NCBI GenBank assembly: GCA_000934665.2 | Contig: KZ537993.1 | Span: 1 to 64,000, forward strand | Direction: 5' to 3' | From: Catajapyx aquilonaris | Lineage: Eukaryota | Length of the DNA stretch: 64,000 nucleotides | Shown: positions 26,685-40,333 of the stretch, piece after piece | Layout: each line of letters opens with the position of its first letter | Position numbering within the stretch: the stretch's first letter is position 1 | Program-made: the position numbers and the translations under genes | Notes under the pieces: model-generated | What the model saw: only the letters and a program-made list of their open reading frames with translations | Told to the model about the DNA's origin: nothing | Databases searched by the model: none

Positions 26685-27467
26685 TCAGACGTGAGTGGTG
26701 GTGGTCGTGGTGGTGTTCATGTCAGTCTGCGGCACCAACACCCATTTGTTCAGTATCTTGGGCCTGAACAGCTGCCCGAAAGTGTCGCGGAATTGTTTAC
26801 TCATCAGACAATACAAGATGAAGTTGATGGCACAGTTGCAGAGAGCCAGGATGTCCATCACTTCCCCCAGGATGGCGTAGCAGTCATCGAAAAACCTTCT
26901 TCCCAAGATGCCCGACAGCAGGCCCATAATGCCCTGGGGAAACTCGGTGATCAGGAAAAGGAAGAGGACGGCCAGCAGCATCCGCGTGGTCCGATCAGTT
27001 GTCCTTTGTCCCTCCGAGGCCTTGTTCTTATGGTCAGGCGCCTGCGCGAGGGACGGCGTCCTCTTGGCCATCAGGTTCTCCTTCCGCTTCCGGGCCTCAA
27101 CCAACGCGAAGATAAGCCTGAAGCTGAGAGCAGTCAGAGCAGCGCATGGAATCAGCTTGATGACCACGCTGTAGATCCAGAAGTTGACGTTGAAGAGCAG
27201 GAAGTTGTGTGCTTGGGCCAGCCTGCTTAGCCCCATTATGTAAATGGTGGCTGTGGTGTTGTCCGGGAGGGGCAGGGGGGCAGAGTTGATGGAGAAGGCG
27301 AGGAAGGAGGGGATGCAAAGGATTGGAGAGAAGATGTAAGCACTGACTATGGCCCATAAGGCCCGGCTGCTGCTGCACCATGCTCGGTTTTGTGCAGGGT
27401 AGCACACCATCAGATAGCGCCACACTGCTAGGGTCAGGGTCAGCCATATGGAAATGGTGTGGAACAC
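26685..27467 (-). CDS. MsR: Myosuppressin receptor-like class A GPCR, coding exon 2 (TM3-TM7, C-tail)
   Basis: Acceptor ccttccag|GTG, phase 0. Motifs FHTISIWLTLTLAVWRY, NFWIYSVVIKLIPC, DRTTRMLLAVLFLFLITEFPQG and INFILYCLMSKQFRDTF are typical of insect myosuppressin/DMSR receptors. Confidence 0.9.
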   Translation of the reverse strand: MFHTISIWLTLTLAVWRYLMVCYPAQNRAWCSSSRALWAIVSAYIFSPILCIPSFLAFSINSAPLPLPDNTTATIYIMGLSRLAQAHNFLLFNVNFWIYSVVIKLIPCAALTALSFRLIFALVEARKRKENLMAKRTPSLAQAPDHKNKASEGQRTTDRTTRMLLAVLFLFLITEFPQGIMGLLSGILGRRFFDDCYAILGEVMDILALCNCAINFILYCLMSKQFRDTFGQLFRPKILNKWVLVPQTDMNTTTTTTTHV

Positions 27468-28239
27468 CTGGAAGGAAAATGGAAAGACTGCTGTAAAGGC
27501 CTGGAAATTGCTTCCAACACTTTCATGGCCCTATACCAATCTTATTTTTCCGGACTGCTGGTATACCGAATTTACGTGCCAAGGTCTGTATTATATGCTT
27601 ATAGATCCGGCAGTAAATTTTGATATTCTCCAAGGAATGCGATACTATTTCCGCATCGCATAATTCCGCATTACGCGGCCAGGAAATTCGCTCAGTCGTT
27701 TTGCACCGCCTGTTCCACTCGTACTGTTATGTCATTATGAATGTTTCCGCACTTCGAAACACATTGGATTAATCTAGGACCTATATTAAATTTTTTGATC
27801 GCCACACTGGCAAGTTCGTAAAGGTTGTCGATTCCATCTGTCGCTATTTTTAAAGGTTATGCCATTTTAAAGTAGAGAATACAAAATTGGCAAGCTGTCG
27901 TCGCTAAACAAATTGATGAAATTTTTTTCTTGGTGCAGACGTGACCATTGTCTTGCACAGATTGCTCTGGCTCCACCCTCCCAACAGAGCATTAATTACT
28001 CAGTTTAATTAAAAGGACGCGATACTGCTTTAAAGTCCACTTAGCTCCCAGAAATTCAATTATGGCGACTCATGGGGCCAACTGAGACTGTGCGTGACCC
28101 GTCAGAGGCTCTTCCCCTTTTGTGTAGGAGAGAACTTTCTTCTCTTTATATTGCTTTTTTTTCAACCCAATCGACCAGTTCGTCTAACTTTGCCCTTCCA
28201 GAGAACTGCGCAGTTATTTATAGTCTAATGAAACATCCA

Positions 28240-28325
<86 letters not shown>
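28240..28325. repeat. (TAT)n microsatellite in the GPCR intron
   Basis: Uninterrupted TAT run of ~28 units. Confidence 0.97.
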
Positions 28326-28445
28326 GGCCACAGCCGCTTCCTTCCCTCCCTATCCTTAGCCCCATCCAATGGTGGTACTCCATCCCCCTAATGGAGCGCC
28401 GCCGATTCTCCCAATGGGTCATAAATAAATACATAAATAAAATTA
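28324..28445 (+). mobile_element. Probable SINE 3' fragment
   Basis: TAGGCCACAGCCGCTTCCTTCCC resembles a common insect SINE body motif (from recall) and ends in an A-rich (ATAA)n tail. Confidence 0.4.
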
Positions 28446-31400
28446 TAATCATGAGACATGTCTATAACAGACCTGGATTATGCTACATTGAGACTATTAA
28501 ATCGAACGGAAAGTAGTGTACCTGCTATACTTTGGTATTTTTGTCTGAAAGTAACGGAGGTATAGTTATGGCGTGATTATATTTAGCACTAGCTCTCTGC
28601 GTTTGACGTCAGAGCGCTCAACCACATCGTTATAAGGTTCCTGCTAAGATATGTCTTCATGGATATTGTTACGGTGACGTTGCACTAATTTTCAAAATGG
28701 CATTTCCTGTAATAGCGCCGTTAGCAGGAGGAAACGTGTCTCTCTCTACACTACACCATCCATCTCTGCAGATGAGTGTCATATTTCACTCCAGGCCATT
28801 ACATGATGCAAGTCACGACCTATTAAATATTGTTTGAATTTTACACGCTATGTATGTTATTCTCCTTTTCCTCCGGTTCGAAATACTCCAGCCTCCGAGA
28901 ACAATCCCCTGGAGCCTCCAGATGTTTTCGCTTTTTGCAATTTCCCGGCTGAATGCCTTTCCCTTCACGAAGAACAGCGATCACTCTTTCTAACGAGATG
29001 CCTCCAAATGGGAGAGCCATCAACTCTGTGGTCCTCCCAGAACCACACCACATGACCCAAAGTAAAAATCCGGATGTAATTAGCCCAGACAAGTCCCATG
29101 GTGGCCATTCGGACACACTTTGCGTGGACGTTGCAGACCCGCCTAGAGACCCATTCTCAGCATCCATGTACCATCGATTTCTTCTGTCTGTTTGGGCAAA
29201 AGTAAAGTGCGAAACGAGGTCCTCCCTCTGCAAAATGTCTCTGGCCTAGCGATAGGGTAACCTAACAAAGCAGGCTCATTTCGACAATAGCACGATGGAA
29301 GCGGATCGTTTGGGTGGGGGCTTGGGGAAGGGTGTGCTTTTAGGAAGAGGTGGGTGTGGGGAGAAGAAAATTAATGCGAGCTCTTGGAGGGCTCTAACGA
29401 TTACTGACGGCGAGAGAGGATATCCGGTAGCGTCGTAACACCAACTTCTTTGCCGCTTGTCCAAAGGTGGCGACATGTTTTAACAGCCTTTGAAATTTGA
29501 ACACAAAAAACACGCATGTTGGTAACACTGTTCATAGTGGCAGCATTCTCTGTGGATCGTGATTTAAATGCAGGATGTTGCGGCAATAAATGCTTTGAAA
29601 TTCAATCGAGTTACGAAAACTGATGCGTTTTCAAATACTTTGACACTGGTGTAGTGACAATCAAATTGGGAGTTAACCCTGATAGCAATAAATTGGAGTC
29701 TAGCAGAAGGGGGTTTTGGTAATTCATAGTCCCTGCGCGGTTGACTGGTATCGGAGCCTGAAACACGTTCCCAGCATAAAATTTCGGGGAGAGAGGGTTC
29801 AGCTAAAAGGTTACAGCTTTTAGGACACGTGGCAGCCATTCATTCTGGTAGGCTATTATTTGTGGCGAAGAACTGGCTTTTCCCCAATTTCCACTTGGGA
29901 AACCTCCAGCGCAAAATCCTGTTATCGGGTCAATTATTCGATACCCAATACTGGAGGGCATATGTCCAGTATCGATTATGCATTGCAATATTCATTGAAT
30001 CCTTTAGGGGAAAAATTGTGGCCCAGTCTGAAAGAGCAACAATTAATGCGAATTTGATTAATAGTCACTTTTAATGGGCGGAAGCGTGGACCGTGATACA
30101 TGAATTTAAACCTGCTTTCATATGGGATTAGGATCCCATTAGGGTGCACTTATGTATAGGAAGAGTTGCAAGGTCGTGTGCAGTACCATTTCCCATCTGG
30201 GCTAATCCAAAAATACTTCAAGGGGGCTGACTTTGGTAGAGAATACAAACATTTACAAGCTCTGTAATGCCCTAATTATATCCTCATTACTTGCGAAACA
30301 GGGAGTAAACACTAGTCCAACGTACGCAGAGTCTCCGTAATGACAGGGAAGGGAAAAGGCCGGGCTTTCGTCTTACTGGTCACGTTAAGGATTAATTAGC
30401 GCCATGGTCAGGCACAAGCCATAAATCAGAGGCTCTAACCACACATGAGATGTCACGGTTGTACTGTACAGTGTACAGGGTATTTAGAAATCCCGACCCA
30501 GCTAAGAATAAATTTCAACAATAACATAATTGTTAAACTTGCTTGGCACAATTGTACGAGCTGTTATTATTTTTAGACTAAACTTCAAGAACTGATTGTT
30601 GAATTTTTATTCATTTTGTTTATGCCTACTGCAACAGAGTCCATGTAATGCCTATTAATACGCTCTGTGACGATTTAAAATAGGCTGGGTAAAGATGTTT
30701 GATATGAGTCAACAAGGTAGATTAATAAAACAATATACTAATTAGATGTATGCCCAGTTAATTATGATTGTGCTTGCACATGAGGAAGTTTCTAGTAAAG
30801 TAACATGCAGTGCACATACTGTATAATCAGCCTCAGTGCGATGAGCAAGCGCTAGGCTACATATTTTATCACACTTGTCAGAACTCCATACATTTTTAAA
30901 TGCACCAAAAAAGTAGAACGATCTACGTAATTCTCCAGATATTCTCCATGCTATTATCAACCCTAAGATTTAAAATGTCCTCTGTTTCTCACAACCGAAA
31001 TCACATAGCAATGTAGATGACTAATATTCTTTTAATAATTTGGCACTTAACCCTTTAAGATTCCTGAATGCTTCAGAGTTGCGCCCGCTAATAGAGTGCG
31101 AATTCGACCTTTTTTAATTTGCAAGTGCCGCCAAGAATTTTGTCAACAAGCTGCCACGTGGTATTTTTCACAGCGTTCCTCCGATCCAAATATAACGCGG
31201 ACATGCCCATTACTTTGCAGACGTCCCATAAATAACGTCGGTATAATCGTGATATAGTGCAAGAGGCGAAAGGGCAAAAATACGTGCAATTCTAAGCATC
31301 TCCCGCTACATAAATATCCATCATGGATGACTTGCACACACTTAAATAAAATGAAACTTGAGTCTAATGAAAGAGACTCGTGTTAAAAGAGCAACTTGTG

Positions 31401-34201
31401 TCAAAGCATATCCCGATTTTTATGTTACCAGTTCCATGGGATGAAAACGGCAAATTGAGAAGATGGATTTGTCTCCGGCGGCAATTGTTGAAAATAATAA
31501 TGAAATATTTGAAAACTGGTGTCTCTCATCTACAAAATTGAAGCTGAGGAATAGATCTTTTGTTGCGCATTTGTAAAGTATGAAAACTTCAGAAGCTGCA
31601 TCCTGCATGATTAAGATAGTTACCAACTGAATAAGTTTCAATTACCTCCATTTCTTTAGAGTCAATTTCCTGAAGAACTGTACAAAACTGCAATTTCACC
31701 AGAAACAAAGGGAGCAACAGTTAAGACAGAGAAATTGCAGAGTTGATTCCGGTGCATGTGCCTTCTGCGGGAGGTCAGTAACTTCCGATCATTGAGCAGA
31801 ACATGCGATTCTTTAATTAACCCATTGGAAGACTTAGATTTTTTATTGTTAAGAATCACTGTCACGTGCGGCTGACATGCTTAGAAAACATACCACGTAA
31901 AAAGTAGGGAACTCTTTATTAGTCATACCGAGTCATACTATAGGGACGGCAAAACTTTACTGCCTCTTGGCGCGATAATGACGCCCCCAGATTTACTATA
32001 GAGCATTTTGGTCTACTAATTACGTCAAGGAATCGCACTGTCCCTGACCATTATATGGAAATTACTGAACGTCATGTATATGTATGACGGGAGTGCGGGT
32101 GTGAAATGAAATAAACAACTTTGTCATAAATACTGCCCAAAGAATGGTGAATAAATGGGTCGAGAGTTCAATTTATTTATAAATTACTATTATATTGTTT
32201 GAAAGGAAGGTAATTGAAAATAATACTAACAGTATTTGACGCTAAATAAAGTTATGCATTCCACTCCCCACACCCCCAAATTAATTGTATGATTTGGCAA
32301 TATATCAATGCATGTGGGAGTTGGTAATAAGCGTTCTTGACATTCACGACATTACGACGATTGAAAAAACACGTGCATATAACTATTGAAGCTGACTTCT
32401 GCGCAGGCTTACATTTTGATATGCGGTCTTCAGAAGCTTTCGAACTCGTATTTCAGGCTATATCGCTGGAAATCCGCGAGTTATGCCAATAATGTTGCGA
32501 ATATATCCACTGCAAACAGTGTACCGAATTGGGTGACAAGCACAAGAACTCACTTGTATTTAATTTATAATTTGCGCAATGATTTTATTCTCCCGTCCAC
32601 ATCATCTCATTGGACATCTCCGATTATCTTGCTTAGGATAATAATGCATTTATTTTGGCTATGGATTTCGACTAACTGAAACAAATTCGTTTAATGCCTG
32701 CAAATGACATAAAGAGAAAATATAGGCTACCAATCCCTACAATATTCACATTTTCTTCCAACGTTTCTACAATATATTGTTACTCCAAATATTTTTTTCC
32801 TCATATTTTGGATTGTTCCTTTAGTAAACAACATCTTCACACGCCAGAGTATCATACACTAATGAAAATATTTACTTGAACATCTCCAAATGCATAACAA
32901 TGGTGAGGAATTTGATGATAATTACAGGACTAGTATTTTAACTCATGTTAGACATCTATCTATTGCACGTATTATCGCATGTATACTGAGCGGGAAAAAA
33001 GCCAATGCCAGTGAGGCCCAATGAATATTTTAAAGTCACTTCCGTACTCTCTTAAATCACAGAACATTTCCTGAGCAGACTGTCCTTCCTCCCACGTTCA
33101 CGAAGCCTATGTATGGTAGCTGAAAAAATATCTCTAACCAAGCAAAGGCAAACCAGGACGTGGAATACGAAATCCAGCCTTTTGTCTGTATAACAGCAGC
33201 ATTCACGTGGCTCTTTTTTAAACTTAATAAAGCCTATTCATATTTTTACATATTATCATTCTAGTCATTTGGGGTCTTGCCTCCAATATAGTACACTATA
33301 CTACACGTCACACAATCCTACCGTACAACATATCCAGTAATATCTTTTAAAGGTCTCACTATTGTCCATTGTCAGACTATTCATTTGGCAAAGTTTAGGA
33401 TTGTCCCAAATTTTCATTTTTTCAATGCTCCAGTGGAGTACGTATTGTACCTAAAAATATATACATTCAGGAATCTAATTAGAGTGAATGGAGCACGAAG
33501 GATTTCACGATTCCTCTTTCCCCGGTCCTGACATTTTTTAAATCCGACGTGTCCAGGCAGAACATACGCTCCATTCGCCTCTGGGCATGAAGAAAATCTC
33601 TCGCGAACAGCAAGGAGTCCGAAATAATATTACTTGAAAATAATGGGACTGTTCTCGGCGTAATTTTCCCTCATTTCTCCTTTTCGAATGGACCTTCCGT
33701 TTCCGTTGAGATATATGTCTATTCCAGAGATGTAACAAAGATAAACAGTGTATGTGACAGATATAATGTCAAATCCTCAGTAAGTATGAAACAAAAAGTG
33801 ATCTACTATAGACTATAGTTTCACGGTATATTATTAAATTATTCATAATTAATGTCCTGCATCGGCCAAGAAAATGATGCGCGTGCGGTCATTATGATGC
33901 GATCCATTGATTTGAAGAATGATCCCCGTCATAATTTGATCAAACGTGAGCTAGGCATTCTCTAACTTGACTGGATGAGAGCAAGGTCAGAATAATATTC
34001 GGATTATTCCGAAAAATTTATTCATACCATGATGAATATCACAACCTAAAAACTATCAACTCAAAATCATTCCGTTACAACTCTGACTATTTACATTTCA
34101 GTTTCTACATATTTGGACCAGCCGGAAACCCCCTTGGCGGCTATTAAGCCTAATGCCAACCATCATTAATTCAGAATATGAAACGTGCCCAAAAGCCGTA
34201 C

Positions 34202-34606
34202 CTGAGCGAAATGGGCGTGGAAGACGACGAAGAGCGTCCAAGCGTAAGTGTACCTCTCCTGTTTGGACCTTTCGTAGGCCACGTACAAATGGCACGCGAA
34301 TGGAATGTACTCCACCATGACCACCATGTCCGCCACGGCCAACCCAGTCAGGATCTGGTTGGTCGGAGAGGCCATCTGCTTCTGAGACAACACCACAATG
34401 TTGAGCACGTTGGCCACCGACCCGAACACGCACACAACCAGACTTATATATCCATGGACACTCCGGTAGTTCTTTCCTAGGTCCAGCAGCGTGGTGCCGC
34501 AGTACGGCGGCACTTTGCTCGGAATCACCGAGGTGATATTGGCCGGATCGGGGAAGGCCGTGGAGGTAAGGTTGGTCGCCCAGAGGACGGTGCTGTTGTC
34601 TCCCAT
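34202..34606 (-). CDS. MsR: Myosuppressin receptor-like GPCR, coding exon 1 (N-terminus, TM1-TM2, start of TM3)
   Basis: ATG in good context (accATGg); N-glycosylation sequons NST/NLT/NIT; HGYISLVVCVFGSVANVLNIVVL and SPTNQILTGLAVAD. Donor CAG|gtacgg, phase 0, joins exon 2 to give 395 aa. Confidence 0.9.
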
Positions 34607-35153
34607 GGTGCTAGCTGCCCCTGATGGTCACGATGGCATCACCATGTCTCGTCCAGCTCTACCGGCCGACGGAGCCTCTCCCGCGCTTTTCGTCGTGTAT
34701 AACTGCACGCGTCCGCATGCGCGCAGGTGCGCCAATAGCCAGCATTGGCGGTTGCCCAGCGCAGACGCGAGCGAGCGCTCAGGAGTCAACAAGTCCTATT
34801 GAAGACACGTCCCTCCGAGAGATGTATATTCTGTCAAAGACGATGACATACCAGTCACATTGCGGCGTATGGAAACTAGGGATCATGACAGGACGCATAC
34901 AAAGGACGTGCCCAGCAGATCATTCAACAGAATGTGACGCCTCACTTTGAATGGGTAGGATGACGCAGATATGTCGGATGGAAACATCTGCGAAAGATGC
35001 GTGTGTGCCCAATATCGCCTACAGTCAGGTGCCAAATATCGATTTGATCTACACGTGATATTGTTTTATATACGGGTACAGTGCGCCAACATATGTCGAC
35101 AAAAAAATGACGTCAAATGTATGACACGTTTATTGGGGTCATACCTTTTAAAA

Positions 35154-35906
35154 TAACCACTCGAGTGTAACCACTGGCCGTAAAATTTAGCCGTTATTGT
35201 TGGAACACCTTATCGCTACATTGATGACACCTGTAAAGATTGCCTTTATCGCACTTAGCGTCATTACTCGAGCACCCCCCATTCTTGAGGCCACAAAAGC
35301 CAGAATTTATGTGCCGCATATAACTGCAACCAAGCATTAAAGTGACATTGCAAAAGGTTGTAAACATGAAGAAAAATGACAAAGTATGAGTCCAGGGGTG
35401 ACAGATTCGTTCATTTCTATTCCGGAGTCACGACATGGACTGCCACCTAACAAAAGGGCAGGACTAGAAATATGAAGATGTCGCCCATTGAAAAAGAAAC
35501 TTGCGCCACCAAAGTGGATGGCATAGGGGCAAGCATCACCATGAATCTTCCAGTCAGCAGGAAATGCACATCGACGCTCGGAGCAGTTTGTTTGAGTCAT
35601 TTAGGACCACAAAGCGACGTTATGTGACTAGTCACTCTCGCATTTTTTAAGACCTGCATCTAGCAATGATATGTCATTTTAACATGCTCTTAGCGTATAA
35701 TATTTCCCATGCATTAGAGAGAGGACAGCTGGGCAGGTTGGCATAATTATTGCTTGGATTAATCTCTAAATTACTTTGTCATTTTTCACATTGAAATGTG
35801 CGAAAGATTTCTCCCAAATGACTTGATCAATTCTTAAAGCAATTTTGAGCGATATGCTCAAATCGGCTGACAATTTTTATCGACACTGAGTAATCGAGTG
35901 GGTTAA
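35154..35906. mobile_element. Possible degenerate piggyBac-like MITE
   Basis: Left end TAACCACTCGAG and right end TCGAGTGGGTTAA form a short inverted match with a TTAA-like terminus. Confidence 0.3.
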
Positions 35907-36746
35907 AAATAGACGTTATCCAAAAGCATTGGCCATTATTAGTGAAAAACCACTCAAAATAATTGAGTAAAGAAGCTTCTACATTACACAGCAATTATTG
36001 ATATTAATTTATAATTACTGTGTGTAACTGCATAATAGTCTAAGTTTCATTCAATTTAACTGAACTGTATTGCGTGTCAAGCCTTTTGCAATAGTGCGTT
36101 GAACTACTGTACGCCAAACATTTACCTGGTACTGTATAATTATTCTCGATCGTGACGAGATATTTATCTGCAGAGTGCAGCCACAATTACAAATGTGTCA
36201 ACAATAATATTGCTGCCAATATGCTGCGCCTGTTTGAACAGCATACCCCCCGGTTGTCGATTTAGATTCATTTAGGCTCAGTCTCAGCGGAGCAATTTGA
36301 ACTGAATTCGAAACTGATTGGGAGCAATCACAAACTTAATGGCCACATGGAGCTATGGCGAAATTCCCAAATGTTAAGCGTTCACTTTATAGTCAGCACA
36401 TACGACACATGATGAAATGTTGTTATTTTTTTGCACGTGTGAATGGATTATCCCCGGCTTATGCCCGTGTTCCTGTAAATTGACATGACGCATTTGCAGT
36501 TGGAAACAGTTGAGGCTGTCTAATTAATCTCTTCGGTTGTTACCTTGGTATCAAGTGCAGATGACAGCTCCATCACAGTGCCATTGCAAAATTACTCGAA
36601 TGATTACGGTCAAAGTCTATCAATGTGACGATTTCGGATTTGCAAAATGTATTCGCAAAAAGGCTGACAGTGTTGATCATCGGCATAACTCGTTAACATA
36701 ACAATGTTTCACAGCCTCATTGATAATTTTTGATTGCTTTTATAGG

Positions 36747-36748
<2 letters not shown>

Positions 36749-36826
<78 letters not shown>
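36749..36826. repeat. (ATT)n microsatellite
   Basis: Uninterrupted ATT run of ~26 units. Confidence 0.97.
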
Positions 36827-36832
<6 letters not shown>

Positions 36833-39699
36833 ATTAAAAGACAATCTGTGATTATGACTGTATAGTGGAAATTCAAAATTACAGATTTTCCTTTCATATG
36901 GCCTCATACAACTGGAGAACTGGTGAATACTTATAGCAACTTTTGCATGTGACGATATACTAATACATTATGTACTGTATAGCAAAATGTTCATATAAAT
37001 TATTCATCACTTTCTTCGCATCAGTACTGAAATTTTCGGTATGTATGATGTGGTCTTTAGGGTTCAGAAGATGATAAATGGGGTACATACGCCGCAAGTG
37101 TCCGTAGAGATGAAACGGCTCCAGTGATTCCTAATGTTTTATTCATAACCCTGATTCCTCAGATAAGCTTGCAAACTTTCTACCGCAGCACATCCCATAA
37201 ATTTAGTGAAGGACATAACCCAAATGGACACTGCTGGGTACTTTGAATTGAGTACCGCATATTACATTATGACCACTAAAATTAGCAAATAACGGTCATT
37301 CTGGTCAGATTGAAGGAGAACTAACATGCTTCAAATTCTTATTTGAAACAATAATCGCATTGATTCATTTCATATAACAATCAGAGTATTGGGTTAAGGG
37401 TAATGCGTAGATGTGATAGTAGAAATGTGGCATTCACAGAGTAAGTATGTATTAATCAGGGAGCTGTAGGACACGCAATCAATTCCCTTGTAAAAGCACA
37501 TAGTACCTCGCTCAAAGTGTGGGAACAGCCCTAATTAAACACAAAAAACGCTCTAACTACAGTGCGGAGTACACCTAGACGTCAATTCTCCAGGGAATAC
37601 CCATTAGAACACAATTGCTCATTAAAATATTGCGCATTGCACATTATGAAAATATACTGGCACGAAATGAAATACAAACAAAGTGCGCATAAGCTTTCAT
37701 CTGTACTGTATAAGGTCATGCGTTGCGAATCTGCATAAAAAGAAAATGTCAACTTTGTCATTGCAGTATAGTTGGGCAGTAATTGGCGGGTTTACTGGAC
37801 CGATATAGGTTGGGCTTCGGAGGTGAAGGCCCTTTGGCCACCCTGCAAATGCGGGGTCGTTTCCAGAGCTAGCCCGAAATGCAATCTCGGATATAGCCAA
37901 TTAGATACAAGCAGAAGGTTCTGGTATCATCCTGCGTGGTAACGAAGTGTATCGTTTGAAGCTATAGGCACGGAATACAGATGCACTTTTACTGAAGGTG
38001 ATTCAGATTTCGTAACGTTTGTAGACTATTACGTGGGCTCAGTGATTGCAGCACGATTAACCTGGCGTTTGGTTTAATATTATCAACGAAATTTCTTGAT
38101 ATCACTGCAGCCTTGCAGTTTCTTGATAAATGTTATAACCGGAACCATCATCCGCGACGGAAGCATCTGTTGGAGAACGCAGGTCTGACATGTTTATGAC
38201 ACACCACGTCCAACAAAAACCATAACACCAGGAAATATTTTATATGTTTGCTATACCGTAGCGACCATAAATCCGGTTGGAAGCTACAAAACGTCTAGCT
38301 GAGGTCATACACAAGGCATAAACTAATTTTCAAGTCTCCCTGAAGCCATTAATTCAAAGGGTGTCCAGACTTGTTCACAACTTGTTTCTGTTCAGTCTAA
38401 GCAATCGTTCCAAAACAGATGCTCAAAGTTTGGGCTCCAAAAGTTCCAAACTCCAGCTATTTTTCCTGTCACAAAAAAGGGGGGGCCCACGCTTCGAAAG
38501 CAACGAATAATTGAAAAGTTGCTCTACCCTACAATTTTTCTTTCCATGCAAAATTCCACGTCTATATCTGAATCCCCTTGCCAAAAGCCCCCCTATCCTC
38601 GGAGCTGATTAATTTGCGGTTTCCAGCGTAAAACCACGGTTAAAATGAAAATTACAGTTCGGGTCAGCCTATATATCCCGCTGGTGGTATATTTTGACTA
38701 GGTTACAAAATCCAGTGCGGCACTTTTTTCGTGAGGTAATTTTTAATCGTGAATATGACACGAGATATGCCACCCTTTTTATAGCTCGTATCGTCCTCTT
38801 CCTGACTAGTCTCATAAAAGATGGTCGACCTGTTCCTGAGGCTCAGTGTGGCTCGAATCCCGAGGACCCAGTAAAATGGGACGTTCAGAACAGATAACGG
38901 TCGCACTTCATAGACAATGAAAATTTTTATTCGTCGGCCTGTTACAGCATGGAATTTGTATCCATAGGGGGAGGTCTAGCACTTTTACAAGTGCTTCTGG
39001 TCGCTAAAGGGGCAATTTGGCAACGCTTTTCTGCACTTGGGTTCTAATTAGCGCTAATCTTAATAGCCGAGCGCAGGTTAATCCTCTGAGTGCTCCGGTC
39101 AACAATGCCATATGGGAGGGATGGCCAGGGTGCAGATTTCATTTAAAGCGCGGTTGTAGTCAATGAGTCGTTGCTGCGATTTTTTGTTATTTTTCAAAAA
39201 AATTTAGAGAGTGGATGGGGTGTGAGTTGTTGAGGGTTGTGCCATCTGACTGTGGGGGATTGGACCTGCAGTTTGAGCAGCGGTTTGAAGAGGTCGTAGC
39301 TGCTTGACGCTGTGTACGGTACTGTATATTCGAAATGTAATCTGTTGGCATAACTGATAAAAATGTGAAATGTGGCCAAAGTAAATCCCAATGTGTTGCG
39401 CATAGTCTGACTAATGAAAACACTGACTCCACCGTGGCATCCACTATGGACAGATTTCACTACAGCTCTGGGTCACCTAATATTCTTCTATGCACTCTAA
39501 TCTCAGAGTAATGTAGCGTAGCCTATTGTTATTATCCAAGCATGGTCATCAAGTAGAATGTCTACTGATTAATTATGAAAACTAGTGCGAGCCACAGCAT
39601 ATGGGTTCATAAAATGCCAATAGAATTCAATGAAAAGATTGCTCCCATATCCCATTATGGGCACATAATATTATCTTATTAAGTTGTTGGTACATTTTA

Positions 39700-40051
39700 C
39701 ATCTTATTTATTTAGTATTTATTTTACCCCGTGATACAACTGTAAGCCATTATAGGGGGGTGGCCTACCACCATCAGATTTCGAGTATTTCATACTTTTT
39801 TCTTCGTTCTCCGTGCAGGGAAGCAAGGGAATGGGGTAAGGATAGGGATTTTTGGGGAGGGGACAGAGGTGCAAGTGCAACGTCGGAAAATGGGTCATGT
39901 GCAGTCCGCCAGAAGGCTAGGTTGCCAAGACGCCTTCTTAGGCGCGGGTCTAGACCCACTGACGCAGGCGGAAGGGAAACTCCCGGGCAGGGATCGAACC
40001 TGGGACCTTCCGCTCAGCAAGCCGAGACGTTACCATCCCGGCCACCACGCC
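39700..40051 (-). mobile_element. tRNA-derived SINE
   Basis: Minus-strand head GGCGTGGTGGCCGGGATGGTAACG (A box) ... GGTTCGATCCC (B box), GC-rich body, A-rich tail near 39700-39725. Confidence 0.65.
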
Positions 40052-40317
40052 TTCCCCAACATTTTACATCTTACATGCCCCATGGTGGTATCTTCACCTT
40101 ACCTTGATGGTGGGGCTTCCGTGATCAGACAACCTCAGTGCAGCTATATCGCAGATTAGTTTAAGCTACTTTCAGGGTCACCCATGGGAAGGTCTTTGTC
40201 AGGTTGAAGATAAAGAAACACTGCCTTCTTCTCTTCTTTCTGTCAGCTTACACTCGCTTTGACCATCTCTGCAAGATAAAGTAGTTACTAAAATAAAGCA
40301 ATGTATTTGTTAACCAC

Positions 40318-40333
40318 TTTATTGACATTTATT
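40318..40333 (-). terminator. Candidate polyadenylation signals for hyccin (two AATAAA)
   Basis: TTTATT on the plus strand at 40318 and 40328, ~3.2 kb downstream of the 43530 stop. The assignment to hyccin is inference. Confidence 0.35.

Noticed and set aside
26601..27230. 209-aa plus-strand ORF and other ORFs overlapping the GPCR exons
   Set aside because: Antisense shadow of a GC3-rich coding exon; no independent motifs.
28072..28452. Poly-Tyr and poly-Ile ORFs
   Set aside because: Translations of the (TAT)n microsatellite.
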